The notes beneath the pieces are model-generated. The model was not told the origin of the DNA. It did not search any database and worked only from the letters and a program-made list of their open reading frames with translations. From the IMG/VR virus record IMGVR_UViG_3300026484_000110: a stretch of DNA of 64,000 nucleotides. One strand, written 5' to 3'. The DNA is from a virus. Every line of letters starts with the position of its first letter. Position 1 is the first letter of the stretch. This document shows positions 1 to 9,949 of the stretch, piece by piece. Position numbers and translations under genes: made by a program.

Positions 1-2053
1 GTTTACTCCTTAAATAGTAAAGTGTTTTTAATCCTTTTTTCCATGCATGTCTAATGGTATCTCTAATTGTCTTACCGGTAATCTTAGTTGGATCGAAATA
101 CAAATTATGACTAATACCCATGTCTATATATTTTTGTCTAATAGCAGTACAATCTATTAATTTTGTTTGTTCTATTTCATAAGGGTTTACATAATAATAA
201 AAGTTATCAGGATTTATATTAGGAGCAGTGACTTTGAAAGCACCTAACAAGTTTTCTTCTATCCATACTTTATCATAAACTGGTTCAACATTATTAGTAG
301 TACAAGCTATAATACCTGAATTACTATTAGGTGCTATAGCCATTGTATATGCACATCTTACTCCTTTCACAGCAGGACAGCTACCTCTCTCTTCAGCTAG
401 ATTTCTATTAGCCTTATCTACGTATTCTCTTGCTTTACTATAAAAACTTTCTATCCATTCCATATGTTCTTCACTAGCATACATTATTTGTTTATTCGCT
501 ATATATTCAGCTTCACCAACAAATCCTATACCAGTAGATCTTCTCTCTTTTTGTGTTTTCTCAGATTTTTCAGATGGATAAACTGTTAAATCTATAGAAT
601 TATCCAAATATCTTAATGTAAGACTAATTACTTTTTCTAAATCATATTCATCCAGTTTAGCAATATTGATAGATGATAAATTACACACTGCTGTATGGTT
701 TTCATCAGTAGGCTGAAGTACTTCTTGGCATAGGTTGCTACTTCTAATAATACCTAATTCAGGATGTTCATGTTGTCTATTAGCATTATCTTTAAATAGC
801 CAAAATGGCATACCTTCATCGTTGTACATCGCTACTAATTTTTTCATTAGGTCTCTAGCTTTAATCTTTCTTGTATTAGGATTAAATCTACTTGGATTCT
901 TTTCAAATTCTCTTTCGTATTCTTCGTATTTCTTTTTAAATTCTTCTCCATATAGTTCTGTTAATTCAGGCACATCATATGGATCGAATAACGTATATTC
1001 TTCGTTATTACCTTCTCTTTCCATAAATACATCATCTACTACTACTCCTAAGAATAAGTCTCTACAAATTCTTCTATCTTCACCAGACAATCTTCTAGTA
1101 TCTAAGAAATCATAAATATCACAATCCCATATAACATCAAATACACAAAAAGCTCCTGGTCTAGAACCTAACTGATCTACAGCGATACTAATATCGTTTA
1201 ATATTTTCATCCATGGAACTTTACCACCTGCTACCCTTGGATAATTCCTAATCCAACTATTCAATGCTCTAATTCTAGCAATATCAATTCCCCAACCACT
1301 ACCTATTTTACTACCTAATGCGATTTCTTTAAATCCTTCAAAGATACCTTCTAAATTATCAGGTAAGCTAGCTAATAAACACGAAATAGTACCACCATCT
1401 TTCTTTCTACCATTTGATAAAATAGGTGTTGAGAATACTATCCATAATCTACTAGCAGCTTCATATAGGTCTTCTACTAATTGAATTCTTTTATCTCTAT
1501 CCTCATCCTGCATTAGAAACATACTAATAGCCATATACATGTGCTGTGGTAATTCTAATACTTTACCTTTATCTTTTAACAGGGATCTATTTATTAAAGA
1601 ATCTACTGCTAAATAAGTAAATAAGTTATCTCTTTCACCTACTATTTTACTATTTAAATATTCAATTTCCTCCTCTGAATATTTATCAGTCCAATCTGAT
1701 AATAGATGTTTGTTAAAATTAATATAATCTTTTAATGTAATTTTTTTATATACATCACCACTACCCTCTCTATTGTAATTTCTTTTAATATTATGGTATA
1801 AATCATAAAGTTTTAACCTAGCAGCCACATATATCCAATCTGGTTTATCTACATCTACTAAGTTAAGAGCTGTTTTTATTAATGTCTCTTGAATTTCACT
1901 AGTTTCAATACCATCGTAAAACAAAAGTTGAGATCTTAATTCTAATTCTTCATAACTCACATTCCTTAATCCCGTACATGCGGGGATAGTTTGTTTTCTA
2001 ATTTGTGAAATATTTAGTTTTTGACTACTACCATCTCTTTTAACTACGTACAT
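1..2053 (-). CDS. nrdA: Ribonucleotide reductase class Ia alpha subunit (3' end runs off the window)
   Basis: Hand-translated in part; absent from the ORF track, consistent with running off the window edge. Starts MYVVKRDG (ATP cone; CAT at 2051-2053 after AAGGAG). Contains SNLCQE (~721-740), VCNLSSIN and TMAIAPNSNS. Confidence 0.95.
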   Translation of the reverse strand, partial: MYVVKRDGSSQKLNISQIRKQTIPACTGLRNVSYEELELRSQLLFYDGIETSEIQETLIKTALNLVDVDKPDWIYVAARLKLYDLYHNIKRNYNREGSGDVYKKITLKDYINFNKHLLSDWTDKYSEEEIEYLNSKIVGERDNLFTYLAVDSLINRSLLKDKGKVLELPQHMYMAISMFLMQDEDRDKRIQLVEDLYEAASRLWIVFSTPILSNGRKKDGGTISCLLASLPDNLEGIFEGFKEIALGSKIGSGWGIDIARIRALNSWIRNYPRVAGGKVPWMKILNDISIAVDQLGSRPGAFCVFDVIWDCDIYDFLDTRRLSGEDRRICRDLFLGVVVDDVFMEREGNNEEYTLFDPYDVPELTELYGEEFKKKYEEYEREFEKNPSRFNPNTRKIKARDLMKKLVAMYNDEGMPFWLFKDNANRQHEHPELGIIRSSNLCQEVLQPTDENHTAVCNLSSINIAKLDEYDLEKVISLTLRYLDNSIDLTVYPSEKSEKTQKERRSTGIGFVGEAEYIANKQIMYASEEHMEWIESFYSKAREYVDKANRNLAEERGSCPAVKGVRCAYTMAIAPNSNSGIIACTTNNVEPVYDKVWIEENLLGAFKVTAPNINPDNFYYYVNPYEIEQTKLIDCTAIRQKYIDMGISHNLYFDPTKITGKTIRDTIRHAWKKGLKTLYYLRSK

Positions 2054-2187
2054 CTATTCTCCTTATTAATAAGATCATTTCATTTTTATTTTTTTAGCAT
2101 GTGAAAATATGTTCGAAAGAAAATCTTAACAATATGATACGAATATGGTAACTATTAATAGTTATTGTAGCTCCAGTTAATTTCATT

Positions 2188-2200
2188 TATATATTATTAA
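2188..2200 (+). promoter_or_regulatory. Putative early phage promoter TATATATT(A/G)(C/T)T(A/T)A, representative copy
   Basis: Copies start at 2188, 2834 (shorter), 8812, 29693, 30658, 38900, 40862, 47525, 53475, 54352, 56850 and 63779. All are intergenic, on the + strand, upstream of SD-bearing + strand genes. Resembles the phiKZ early motif TATATTAC as recalled. Confidence 0.7.
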
Positions 2201-2232
2201 GATGTAAACAAATTAAATAAAAGGAGTCTACT

Positions 2233-2805
2233 GTGAAAAACTTAGAAGTAATTTTAGGAAGTGATGTAGTTAATTTTAGTATTGTAGAGGAGGTCGAAAT
2301 GGAATTGAACAGAAGAGAAGAATTAAGACTCTTTATAAGTCTTAAGGAATTCGGGTATAAAAAATTATTAGGTCTTTTAAATCTTTTAAGACCAAATGGT
2401 AAAGAAGAAGTAATTGTAAAAGATTACTATTTGTTGGAAGATGATGGAAATACTAGATACAGAAGAAGACATTATCCAAATAAAAATGTGAAAGATGAAT
2501 ATTATCTAGTAAAAGGTTTTGGTGGTAATAAAACTACTAAACAAATCACAAGAGATGAATTCATAAACGGGTTGAAAGGTAAAAAAGCATGGAGAGTAAG
2601 AAAGGATGTAATTGTTGTTAGAAATTTCTGCGGTTTTAACGGCTGTGTAGAGTTGATGCTAGTAAATAACAAACTTTATTTCTCTATAGAGGTAGAAGCA
2701 GATAACTTATTCAAACCTATGGAGCAGTTAAGAGCGATTTCCGATATGTTAGATATAAAACCGGATATCACTACCGAAACAGTCTGGGAGTATTTCAGGA
2801 AGTAA
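2233..2805 (+). CDS. CYTH/triphosphate-tunnel-like protein (tentative)
   Basis: GTG start after AAGGAG. N-terminal REELRLF, internal TRYRRR and C-terminal SIEVE resemble CYTH ExExK, basic and ExE motifs. Confidence 0.4.
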   Translation: MKNLEVILGSDVVNFSIVEEVEMELNRREELRLFISLKEFGYKKLLGLLNLLRPNGKEEVIVKDYYLLEDDGNTRYRRRHYPNKNVKDEYYLVKGFGGNKTTKQITRDEFINGLKGKKAWRVRKDVIVVRNFCGFNGCVELMLVNNKLYFSIEVEADNLFKPMEQLRAISDMLDIKPDITTETVWEYFRK

Positions 2806-2816
2806 TTTCCTGAAAT
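2792..2816 (+). terminator. Intrinsic terminator
   Basis: ATTTCAGGAA/TTCCTGAAAT stem overlapping the stop codon, followed by a T-tract. Confidence 0.75.
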
Positions 2817-2889
2817 CTATTCTTTTTTCTTTTTATATTATTAATAAGAAGAGAAGTCAATTCTCGAAATCACGCATAAAGGATAGTAA

Positions 2890-3249
2890 ATGGATAAAAT
2901 TAAAGACATTAAAAATTATGACAAAATTGAAAAAATCTTAGGTGAAGAAAAGTTAGTTACAGTAGCAGATGAAATAGAAGAAATATTAAACCTGCATAAC
3001 AGATTAAGTAAACTAGAAAAAAGATTACAAACGTTACCGGATTGTGAGGAAGGTGACGAATGCTGGAATTATCAATTTGACATTAAAGTAGAGATTAATG
3101 AAATCAAATCAGATATCTCAGAAATCTTAGATAGAGATATTGATGACATAAAGTTATTTTTAGACCATAAACCTATTAACAAAAATGAAAGAGATATCAT
3201 TGACGAGTATATCGATCTCTATGAAAAAGATGAATTAATTGGACTATAG
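2890..3249 (+). CDS. Hypothetical acidic protein
   Basis: ORF track; preceded by a promoter-like motif; no motif recognised. Confidence 0.7.
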   Translation: MDKIKDIKNYDKIEKILGEEKLVTVADEIEEILNLHNRLSKLEKRLQTLPDCEEGDECWNYQFDIKVEINEIKSDISEILDRDIDDIKLFLDHKPINKNERDIIDEYIDLYEKDELIGL

Positions 3250-3282
3250 GCTAGATATTCTCTACCCTATGTCTTTTCTTTT

Positions 3283-4101
3283 TTAGTCACAGTCTATATC
3301 TTCTACTAAATCTCCTAATATTATTTTTATATCATAACCATTTTCTAAATAGTCCTTCATATACTTAGACATTCTATTTTTTATAACATCTTTCACATGG
3401 TGTCTATTAATATCCCATGCTGTTCTATTACCATATAATTTTCTTCTAGCTCTTTTACTCTTTATTTTTTCTACATTTCCAAACCATTTATTAGGATCAC
3501 AATTTTTTATTAAACCACAATATTTTCTTTCGTATCTAAAATATTTCCATCCACCATTATAAACAGAATCAGCAAACGCTATTCTGGTTTCTATTGGTAT
3601 ATTTTTACTAAACTTAATAAAGTTACTTTTCCATAATAAAATACCAGCTTTAATTTGTAAATCAGGACGTTCATAAACATTATTCCAATTTAATTCATGT
3701 AACTCTTTTGGAAAACGTTTTCTTAAATATTCAATTGTATCCCATTTTACTCTACCTGTTTTATTAAACACTCTTGTTAACTGAAAAAACCCTGCTCCCT
3801 CTTCTCTTTTAGTTTTTAATCTAGATTTAGGAGACCAACACCTTTTAGCCCAATAATTATTACCACACAATTTTACACAACTCTCATGTTCTATTAAAGC
3901 TGGAAAATAGAATGGATAATTAAAATCATTGCCCAATATTTTATATACTTCTTCATAAACTATGGGTAATAATTTTTTAGCTTTATCGGGTATGTAGGTT
4001 TTACTATCACAATTCTGGCCATATAAGGAAGTAACAACAGTCGTAGACAATACTAATAAAATAAACAATGATTTTTTTAAAAATATTTTTGGTTTATTCA
4101 T
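3283..4101 (-). CDS. Lytic transglycosylase (SLT-like), probable endolysin with N-terminal hydrophobic anchor
   Basis: IEHES (catalytic Glu), GAGFFQLT, VYNGG and PNKWFGNVE. Start moved to the SD-preceded ATG at 4101 (MNKPK), which is followed by a hydrophobic stretch. Confidence 0.75.
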   Translation of the reverse strand: MNKPKIFLKKSLFILLVLSTTVVTSLYGQNCDSKTYIPDKAKKLLPIVYEEVYKILGNDFNYPFYFPALIEHESCVKLCGNNYWAKRCWSPKSRLKTKREEGAGFFQLTRVFNKTGRVKWDTIEYLRKRFPKELHELNWNNVYERPDLQIKAGILLWKSNFIKFSKNIPIETRIAFADSVYNGGWKYFRYERKYCGLIKNCDPNKWFGNVEKIKSKRARRKLYGNRTAWDINRHHVKDVIKNRMSKYMKDYLENGYDIKIILGDLVEDIDCD

Positions 4102-4149
4102 TTTTACTCCTTGATATAAAATTATATTCACTTCATGAAGCATTAAGCC

Positions 4150-4734
4150 TCATGAAGCATTATATTTCGTTAATAATTTTTTTACATTATCTATAGTCAT
4201 TTCAGCTACATCCATTCGATATGCTTCAGCAATAATAGATTCTACATCGTTATATCTTCCTTCTCTTATTAAAATACCCAATTTTACTCTAAAAGCTTCT
4301 ATCATTGCTACAAATTTTTTTATTGCATAATCATATTCCTTACCTGTAGTTATAATTAAATCTACTAATTTATCGGTAGTCATACCCGTTAATTCTGCTT
4401 CCCATTTTAATTCATTAGCATAACTACCATCTGTTTTATATTTTAATGCCATTTCGTATTTTTGTTCATATCTAAATAATTGGTCATTTGTTACTCTTTT
4501 ACCAGTTATTAGATTTCTAGCTTCAGATGTTTTTGTATCCGCCAATTTATCTACCTTTTGAAATAAATCAAATTGTTTAGTTTCATTATTGTACTTTTCT
4601 AATTCAGTCAATATTTCAGAATCAGTAGGCATTGTCCTTTCATCATTCCAGACAATCTCCTCTCCATTTAGTATTTCCATTTTAGGATCAGGAACCAATC
4701 TTTTTATCATTTCTATTTTTAACCAAAAATCCAT
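4150..4734 (-). CDS. Tail fibre assembly/chaperone-like protein
   Basis: IVWNDERTMPTDSEI and YEQKYEMA...EAELTGMTTDKLVDLI resemble phage tail-fibre-associated proteins; adjacent to the putative fibre gene. Confidence 0.5.
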   Translation of the reverse strand: MDFWLKIEMIKRLVPDPKMEILNGEEIVWNDERTMPTDSEILTELEKYNNETKQFDLFQKVDKLADTKTSEARNLITGKRVTNDQLFRYEQKYEMALKYKTDGSYANELKWEAELTGMTTDKLVDLIITTGKEYDYAIKKFVAMIEAFRVKLGILIREGRYNDVESIIAEAYRMDVAEMTIDNVKKLLTKYNAS

Positions 4735-4745
4735 TTTATATCTCC

Positions 4746-5489
4746 TTATCTATTTCTAAGTACTGTAAGATAAGTGGTATAACTATAACTATTACGACAA
4801 TCGTTATACCATTTAACATAACCATTTTCATTATACCAAATTCCCAAATACGCATACTTTTCATAGTCCCCGTTTGGCTCAGTGACGTCTGTTCTATCGC
4901 TTGCCCACCATGTGTTACTACCATCTATTACTTTCCATCCTTTCCTTCCCATTCCTTCACTATTTAATGGTATGTTGCTATGCCAGCACCTGGTACAGCA
5001 TCTGCCAGGTATATCATTGCCATCGTAATAAATACCCAATGGTCCCATAGCAGTAGGTTTACCAAGCGCTAATAAATATCTCCTAGCTAATTCATATTCT
5101 TCTCTACTATGTGGGCAGAATAACTCATAACCATCTTTACTAGCACTACTACCTATAGGATCGTAAGAATATCTAATCCTAGCACCATTTTCTACTAATC
5201 TAAAATCTACAATGTCGTCATTAGGTAAGATTACTTTTTTAAGTTGTTCAATATTTAAACCCTCCAGTAACTTAGCATTTAAAGCCTCTTTTACAACTAG
5301 ATTAGGCGCTACCTCATTTATTATCTCCTTTACATCATCACTTGTCAAAGTTTTACTATTTATCAAATCTGTTAAATCTTTTACAGCCTGACTAAATTTA
5401 TCTTTTAATTCATTATTAAGATTTTCATAACCAGTATTTATATTGTTTAGTTTAAGGTTTATTTCATTAATTAATTCCAAAATTGACAT
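4746..5489 (-). CDS. Putative tail fibre/receptor-binding protein with C-type-lectin-like C-terminus
   Basis: N-terminal coiled coil; Cys/Trp-rich C-terminal domain with EPNGD and WYND. Confidence 0.5.
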   Translation of the reverse strand: MSILELINEINLKLNNINTGYENLNNELKDKFSQAVKDLTDLINSKTLTSDDVKEIINEVAPNLVVKEALNAKLLEGLNIEQLKKVILPNDDIVDFRLVENGARIRYSYDPIGSSASKDGYELFCPHSREEYELARRYLLALGKPTAMGPLGIYYDGNDIPGRCCTRCWHSNIPLNSEGMGRKGWKVIDGSNTWWASDRTDVTEPNGDYEKYAYLGIWYNENGYVKWYNDCRNSYSYTTYLTVLRNR

Positions 5490-6036
5490 TTGATAACTCC
5501 TTTAATTTTAAATTTATTATATTAAAATTATGTAATAGATTATTGCCTAGATTTAAAATATCCTCAGGACTCTTATTAAAAAATATTATTTCAAATCTAG
5601 TTTTATATAATAAACCATAAAATCCGTTTTCCAACATTCCTGGTTCAACTTGTTCGTCCTTATAATAGACCGGGTAATCTGTTGTATTTAGTTTAACAGT
5701 AAGATAATCAGTATTCATTTCGTTGGTTTTAAACACAATAAAGTTGTTATTATTAAATATTTCTAATTTTAAACTTGTTCCATTTTTTTCTAAAATTAAA
5801 TTACTGTCTGTACCTACATTTTTATAATATTCTATAACTGGTTTACTACTACCAGCAGCACCGGTATTAGATAATATATTTATTAGCATAGCCACATTTT
5901 TAATTTTATATGTTTTTAACTGATTTTTACTATCTAATACCTGTATTGTTAATTCTTTTGGTTCTGTGGAAAATAAATCATCAATGTACTCATTCATTTT
6001 CATACTGACTTTATCTTCTAAATTCATTATCATCAT
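5467..6036 (-). CDS. Hypothetical protein, possibly tail-associated
   Basis: ORF track; co-oriented with and overlapping the fibre gene. Confidence 0.6.
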   Translation of the reverse strand: MMIMNLEDKVSMKMNEYIDDLFSTEPKELTIQVLDSKNQLKTYKIKNVAMLINILSNTGAAGSSKPVIEYYKNVGTDSNLILEKNGTSLKLEIFNNNNFIVFKTNEMNTDYLTVKLNTTDYPVYYKDEQVEPGMLENGFYGLLYKTRFEIIFFNKSPEDILNLGNNLLHNFNIINLKLKELSNVNFGIN

Positions 6037-6116
6037 TACTTAATCCTTATTCATCAACTTCTTTTCAACGAAACTTCAAGTTTTCTTGAAAAAACAACAT
6101 ATTAAGGAGAAAATTT

Positions 6117-7052
6117 ATGGAAATTTATAATTTAATAAAAGAAATAGAAACCAAAGAAACAGTAGGTTATGAAGACATTTCTGAGATATTGAGAAAATTA
6201 GATAATGCAATTAGTAACAAAATTAAGAATTTTTTAGATTTCATAAGGACTACTAAAATTATAGTAGATAACCTACATAGTTATAAAACTAAAATGTACA
6301 ATATTAAAGATTTGCAAAAAATAAAAATAAAATTATTAAAAGCACTTAACAAAAATGAAATTGTACCAAATATTGTATTAAGAAGAAAAGTACCAATAAT
6401 TTTAGGTTTAAATAAAACATTACCAGAATTAGTAACAATACTGTCTACAAGTAGTAAAGTGTTAAACCAATATGAGAATATAGTAAAAGATCTAGAAGAT
6501 AGAATAAGTAAAACAATTATAAAAAACGATATTAGTCTATTTTTACCTAACAAAAGAGAAGTATCTGAAATAGCAAAAACTGTAAGTGAAGTAGGATTGG
6601 TAATAGAATCAATTACTGATAAAAAACAGATGACCGATATGGTGGAAATGCGTAAAGTAATTAACAACATAACTAAACTACCTGAAATAATAAATATGCT
6701 TTTAAAGCTAGGTGAAGTCTACAGAATGGAAAGAGTAGAAACCATGATAGACAGATTAAACGATGTAGTACCTAATGTTAAACTATTAATAGATAGACTG
6801 TTAAATGAAAACAACAATGACGAAAAAATAAAGAATGAAATAATCACATATTTAAAGACTGTGGCTGAAATAACTACAATAGTAGGTATGTTGGAATTAC
6901 TATACCTACAAACAGTAGATATGACAATAGCTATAATAAAAACAGTATTAGCACCTATAGATGCTAGAAAATTAGGCAAACAAAAACTAAAATCAGTAGA
7001 AGTAGAGCAATCCATAATACAAAAAATTAAATCAAAATTATTTAGTAAATAG
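6117..7052 (+). CDS. Putative virion/head protein (helical)
   Basis: AAGGAG SD; N-terminal VGYE matches the G-x-E prohead protease motif. Confidence 0.5.
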   Translation: MEIYNLIKEIETKETVGYEDISEILRKLDNAISNKIKNFLDFIRTTKIIVDNLHSYKTKMYNIKDLQKIKIKLLKALNKNEIVPNIVLRRKVPIILGLNKTLPELVTILSTSSKVLNQYENIVKDLEDRISKTIIKNDISLFLPNKREVSEIAKTVSEVGLVIESITDKKQMTDMVEMRKVINNITKLPEIINMLLKLGEVYRMERVETMIDRLNDVVPNVKLLIDRLLNENNNDEKIKNEIITYLKTVAEITTIVGMLELLYLQTVDMTIAIIKTVLAPIDARKLGKQKLKSVEVEQSIIQKIKSKLFSK

Positions 7053-7071
7053 AGGATTTTCCTCTATTTAC
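7045..7071. terminator. Bidirectional terminator between convergent genes
   Basis: 11-bp stem GTAAATAGAGG/CCTCTATTTAC containing both stop codons. Confidence 0.75.
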
Positions 7072-8485
7072 GTTTTTTCACTTTTACAGATGAATAGTAA
7101 TTACTAGTAATTAAATATTCTTTATCTTCATTTCCTATTTCAGTAATTGTAAAATACTGATAGGTATAATCATCTTCTAAGATTACTAACGTAACTTTTG
7201 GATTTAATTTTTCTAATTTCTTCATGGTGTTTCTCTTAGGTGTATCTAAACCTATCATTATTTGTATTTTTACTCCATTATAATCCACATCCATAACTAC
7301 TTTATCTTTGGTTATATCTTTTTTCAATACTGTCTTATTTTTATCATTTGTTTCATAAAACAAATCAGTAATATCTTTATATTCAGTATTTATTTTCTTA
7401 TCTTTGTTAATATAATCCACTAGAATATTATCTAATTCTACAAATATTTCGTTAGCTCTATAAGACAACGATGGTGGATATACATTTGTAGCTAACTCTA
7501 TGTCATCAACAGTCCTTACTGTCATTTTTACACGATTGTCGGGTATTAAATAATCCTTACCATATAACTTAATGTTTCTATTAATTTGTTTATTAAATAT
7601 GTTATCTAATTTTAAAACAAAAGGTACTACTAAACCATCAGATACAGTTATTAATAAGTCGGTTATCGTTTTGATATAATTGTTAGGTTCTTTTGTTAAA
7701 TATTCCTGATAGATAATTTCATTATCTCTTTTACCTATTTCATCGATTTCTTTATAATTAAGACCTAAGTAAGAAATCATATTTACTGTGTTTTTATCGT
7801 CTATATTCAGATACCCAAATAATAATTTGTTCTCCATAAAGTATGGTCTTTCTGTTTCCATATCCCAATATGTTTCTCTATTGGTAATTACTATTTTTTG
7901 TTCTACATCATCTCTATATCTCAATATTACACCTAAATTAGCTAATAAATCAGCTCTGTCATTCCCTAAGTCACCAGAATGACCTGCTACTTTTCTCGTA
8001 GTTATTTTTACTATTCCTTTTAAGCTATCCAATAACTCTTTTAAAATTTTTATTTTATCAGGATTAGCATTAATATCTTTAATATCGATATCTGTTTCTA
8101 AAATCTTTTCTATGGTATTTAAAACATACGTAGAATCTATATTAAGCACAATCTCATCAATATCTGAAAAATTATCATTATTTTTTAAATTTAGTTTTAC
8201 ATATTCTAATGCTTTAATCACTGCATCTAATTCTGCTCTATTGTTTGTATTACTATCATTTTCGTATCCATAAATGTCTACTATGAAATCTACAGAGGTT
8301 TGAGATACGCCTGAATTAGATTTTTTAAATACAGTCTTGGGTAGATATCCTATCTCAGTAGCTACATATTTAGAGAGTATCTGCTTTGTTTTATTTTTAC
8401 CTGCTTTATACATATGTATTCCATATCCTGTAGGTCCAGGATTTTGTTTACATGCTCCATCCGTATAAATTACTAAGTTACTCAT
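7064..8485 (-). CDS. rnhA: Ribonuclease HI with C-terminal extension (phiKZ gp155-like)
   Basis: IYTDGACKQNPGP, TNNRAELDAVIKALE, IDSTYV and VAGHSGDLGNDRADLLA. Confidence 0.92.
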   Translation of the reverse strand: MSNLVIYTDGACKQNPGPTGYGIHMYKAGKNKTKQILSKYVATEIGYLPKTVFKKSNSGVSQTSVDFIVDIYGYENDSNTNNRAELDAVIKALEYVKLNLKNNDNFSDIDEIVLNIDSTYVLNTIEKILETDIDIKDINANPDKIKILKELLDSLKGIVKITTRKVAGHSGDLGNDRADLLANLGVILRYRDDVEQKIVITNRETYWDMETERPYFMENKLLFGYLNIDDKNTVNMISYLGLNYKEIDEIGKRDNEIIYQEYLTKEPNNYIKTITDLLITVSDGLVVPFVLKLDNIFNKQINRNIKLYGKDYLIPDNRVKMTVRTVDDIELATNVYPPSLSYRANEIFVELDNILVDYINKDKKINTEYKDITDLFYETNDKNKTVLKKDITKDKVVMDVDYNGVKIQIMIGLDTPKRNTMKKLEKLNPKVTLVILEDDYTYQYFTITEIGNEDKEYLITSNYYSSVKVKKRK

Positions 8486-8733
8486 GCTTCATCCTTTAAA
8501 ATTTTAATTCCAATCTTATTCACAGTACCGAATAACGCAAACGAACGTTTTGTTTTTATAATATTTTTTCTCTCATATTTTTTAATCTTTTCTCTAACAG
8601 TGGTATCAGAACAACCTATATATTTAGATATATCTTTATAATACCCAACATAATAACCCTCAATTTGTGGTAATTGTTTTATAGCTTTTAAAAAATGTTT
8701 ATCAAAGATTTTACTTAACTTTCTATTATCCAT
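8482..8733 (-). CDS. Small helix-turn-helix DNA-binding protein
   Basis: YKDISKYIGCSDTTVREKIKKY helix-turn-helix pattern. Confidence 0.55.
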   Translation of the reverse strand: MDNRKLSKIFDKHFLKAIKQLPQIEGYYVGYYKDISKYIGCSDTTVREKIKKYERKNIIKTKRSFALFGTVNKIGIKILKDEA

Positions 8734-8856
8734 TAAAATCCTTTAGTTTTTTCTTTCAGTAAAGAATCAATTCTGAAAAACTTAACTTTGTTATTTCCAA
8801 ATTTTTTCATTTATATATTACTAATACGAGAACAAAACAAATTAAAGGAGTCTACT

Positions 8857-9231
8857 ATGAAATTTTTAAACGCACATAATGGTAAAATAGAAGAAAGAAA
8901 AGTAGTTGGTTTGTGGAGAAGTAATAAAAACCATAATAAAGTTGTTCCCGCATTCGAACTAGACTCAAGAGTAATTAGTAAAATCTGTCACAGCCTAAAC
9001 CCGATTATTAAAACTCAAAATGGCCTAGTGCTATCTGTAGTTTCCGTAGGTCCAGTGGTTTATAAAGAACATTTAGATGCCGGTTTTTATAAAGCGTTTG
9101 GCGGTGAGATATGGAGATTTGAACCAATGTCAGAAAGCGAAGTAATCGAGCAATTACCAAGCGACGGCGATTTAACAATGTTTCCTAACCACGATATGAT
9201 AGCGCTGGATCTCCCAAAACTCTCTGCTTAA
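8857..9231 (+). CDS. Hypothetical protein
   Basis: Start moved to the ATG after AAGGAGTCTACT; follows an early-type promoter motif. Confidence 0.7.
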   Translation: MKFLNAHNGKIEERKVVGLWRSNKNHNKVVPAFELDSRVISKICHSLNPIIKTQNGLVLSVVSVGPVVYKEHLDAGFYKAFGGEIWRFEPMSESEVIEQLPSDGDLTMFPNHDMIALDLPKLSA

Positions 9232-9237
9232 AAATCT

Positions 9238-9264
9238 CGACCTGAGCATGTCGTTAAACTGCTC
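9238..9264 (+). other. Compact H-type pseudoknot just downstream of a stop codon
   Basis: CGAC(9238-41)/GTCG(9250-53) stem; loop GAGCA(9244-48) pairs with TGCTC(9260-64). Confidence 0.55.
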
Positions 9265-9320
9265 TCATCCTTTCCCCTATTTTTCTTTTTTGTCTGAAAA
9301 GATATTATAAAGGAGAATAG

Positions 9321-9929
9321 ATGAACTATTTATTACCACCTATTGGAGCTACAGGAGTTTTTAAATTAAAAGAACCACTTAACAATATTATTAATACTAG
9401 ACAGAATTATAAAGTAATAGGAATACGTTCTATTAAAGAAATGTTAGAAAATGATGAAGATGTTTTAACATTTGTATATTTAAATCAAGATTTGACAGAA
9501 GACGATTATAACGCAGACCTAGAAAATGATATACCTATAGTAGTTTTACACGGTGAAGATGATGCATTTTATTATATACCAGCTAACAGATTATTATCTA
9601 TACCTGATATAACAGGTAAAATCTTCAGATATAAGACAATAGCAGTAGACTTAGGCTTAGTACCAGATGATCAAGATTTTAATTTCTTAATAGACGAAAT
9701 TAAAGATATGGTAATGAGTTATTATGGTATAGAGACAAATCCTAAAGTCATAGACATATCTTCAGCATACATTTATACAATGGATGAATATAAGAATTTT
9801 GAAAATAATAGGAAATTAAACATTACTAATTTTAAGCCTTGCAGAGTAATACTAAAAGAATTAGACAACAAGGTACAATTAATGAAATTAAAAATAAAGA
9901 CATTGTTAGAAAAACTAAATAATCAGTGA
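9321..9929 (+). CDS. Putative virion structural protein (phiKZ-like)
   Basis: PPIGATGVFKLKEP...GIRSIKEM N-terminus recalled as similar to jumbo-phage structural proteins; unverified. Confidence 0.45.
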   Translation: MNYLLPPIGATGVFKLKEPLNNIINTRQNYKVIGIRSIKEMLENDEDVLTFVYLNQDLTEDDYNADLENDIPIVVLHGEDDAFYYIPANRLLSIPDITGKIFRYKTIAVDLGLVPDDQDFNFLIDEIKDMVMSYYGIETNPKVIDISSAYIYTMDEYKNFENNRKLNITNFKPCRVILKELDNKVQLMKLKIKTLLEKLNNQ

Positions 9930-9949
9930 GGATTATTATATCCTCACTG
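9924..9949. terminator. Bidirectional terminator
   Basis: CAGTGAGGAT/ATCCTCACTG stem between convergent genes. Confidence 0.7.

Noticed and set aside
735-1115. Plus-strand 126-aa ORF and similar antisense ORFs across the window
   Set aside because: Shadow ORFs opposite well-supported genes such as nrdA, sbcC and terL.
4746-5489. Diversity-generating retroelement target
   Set aside because: No reverse transcriptase and no template/variable repeat pair seen in this window.
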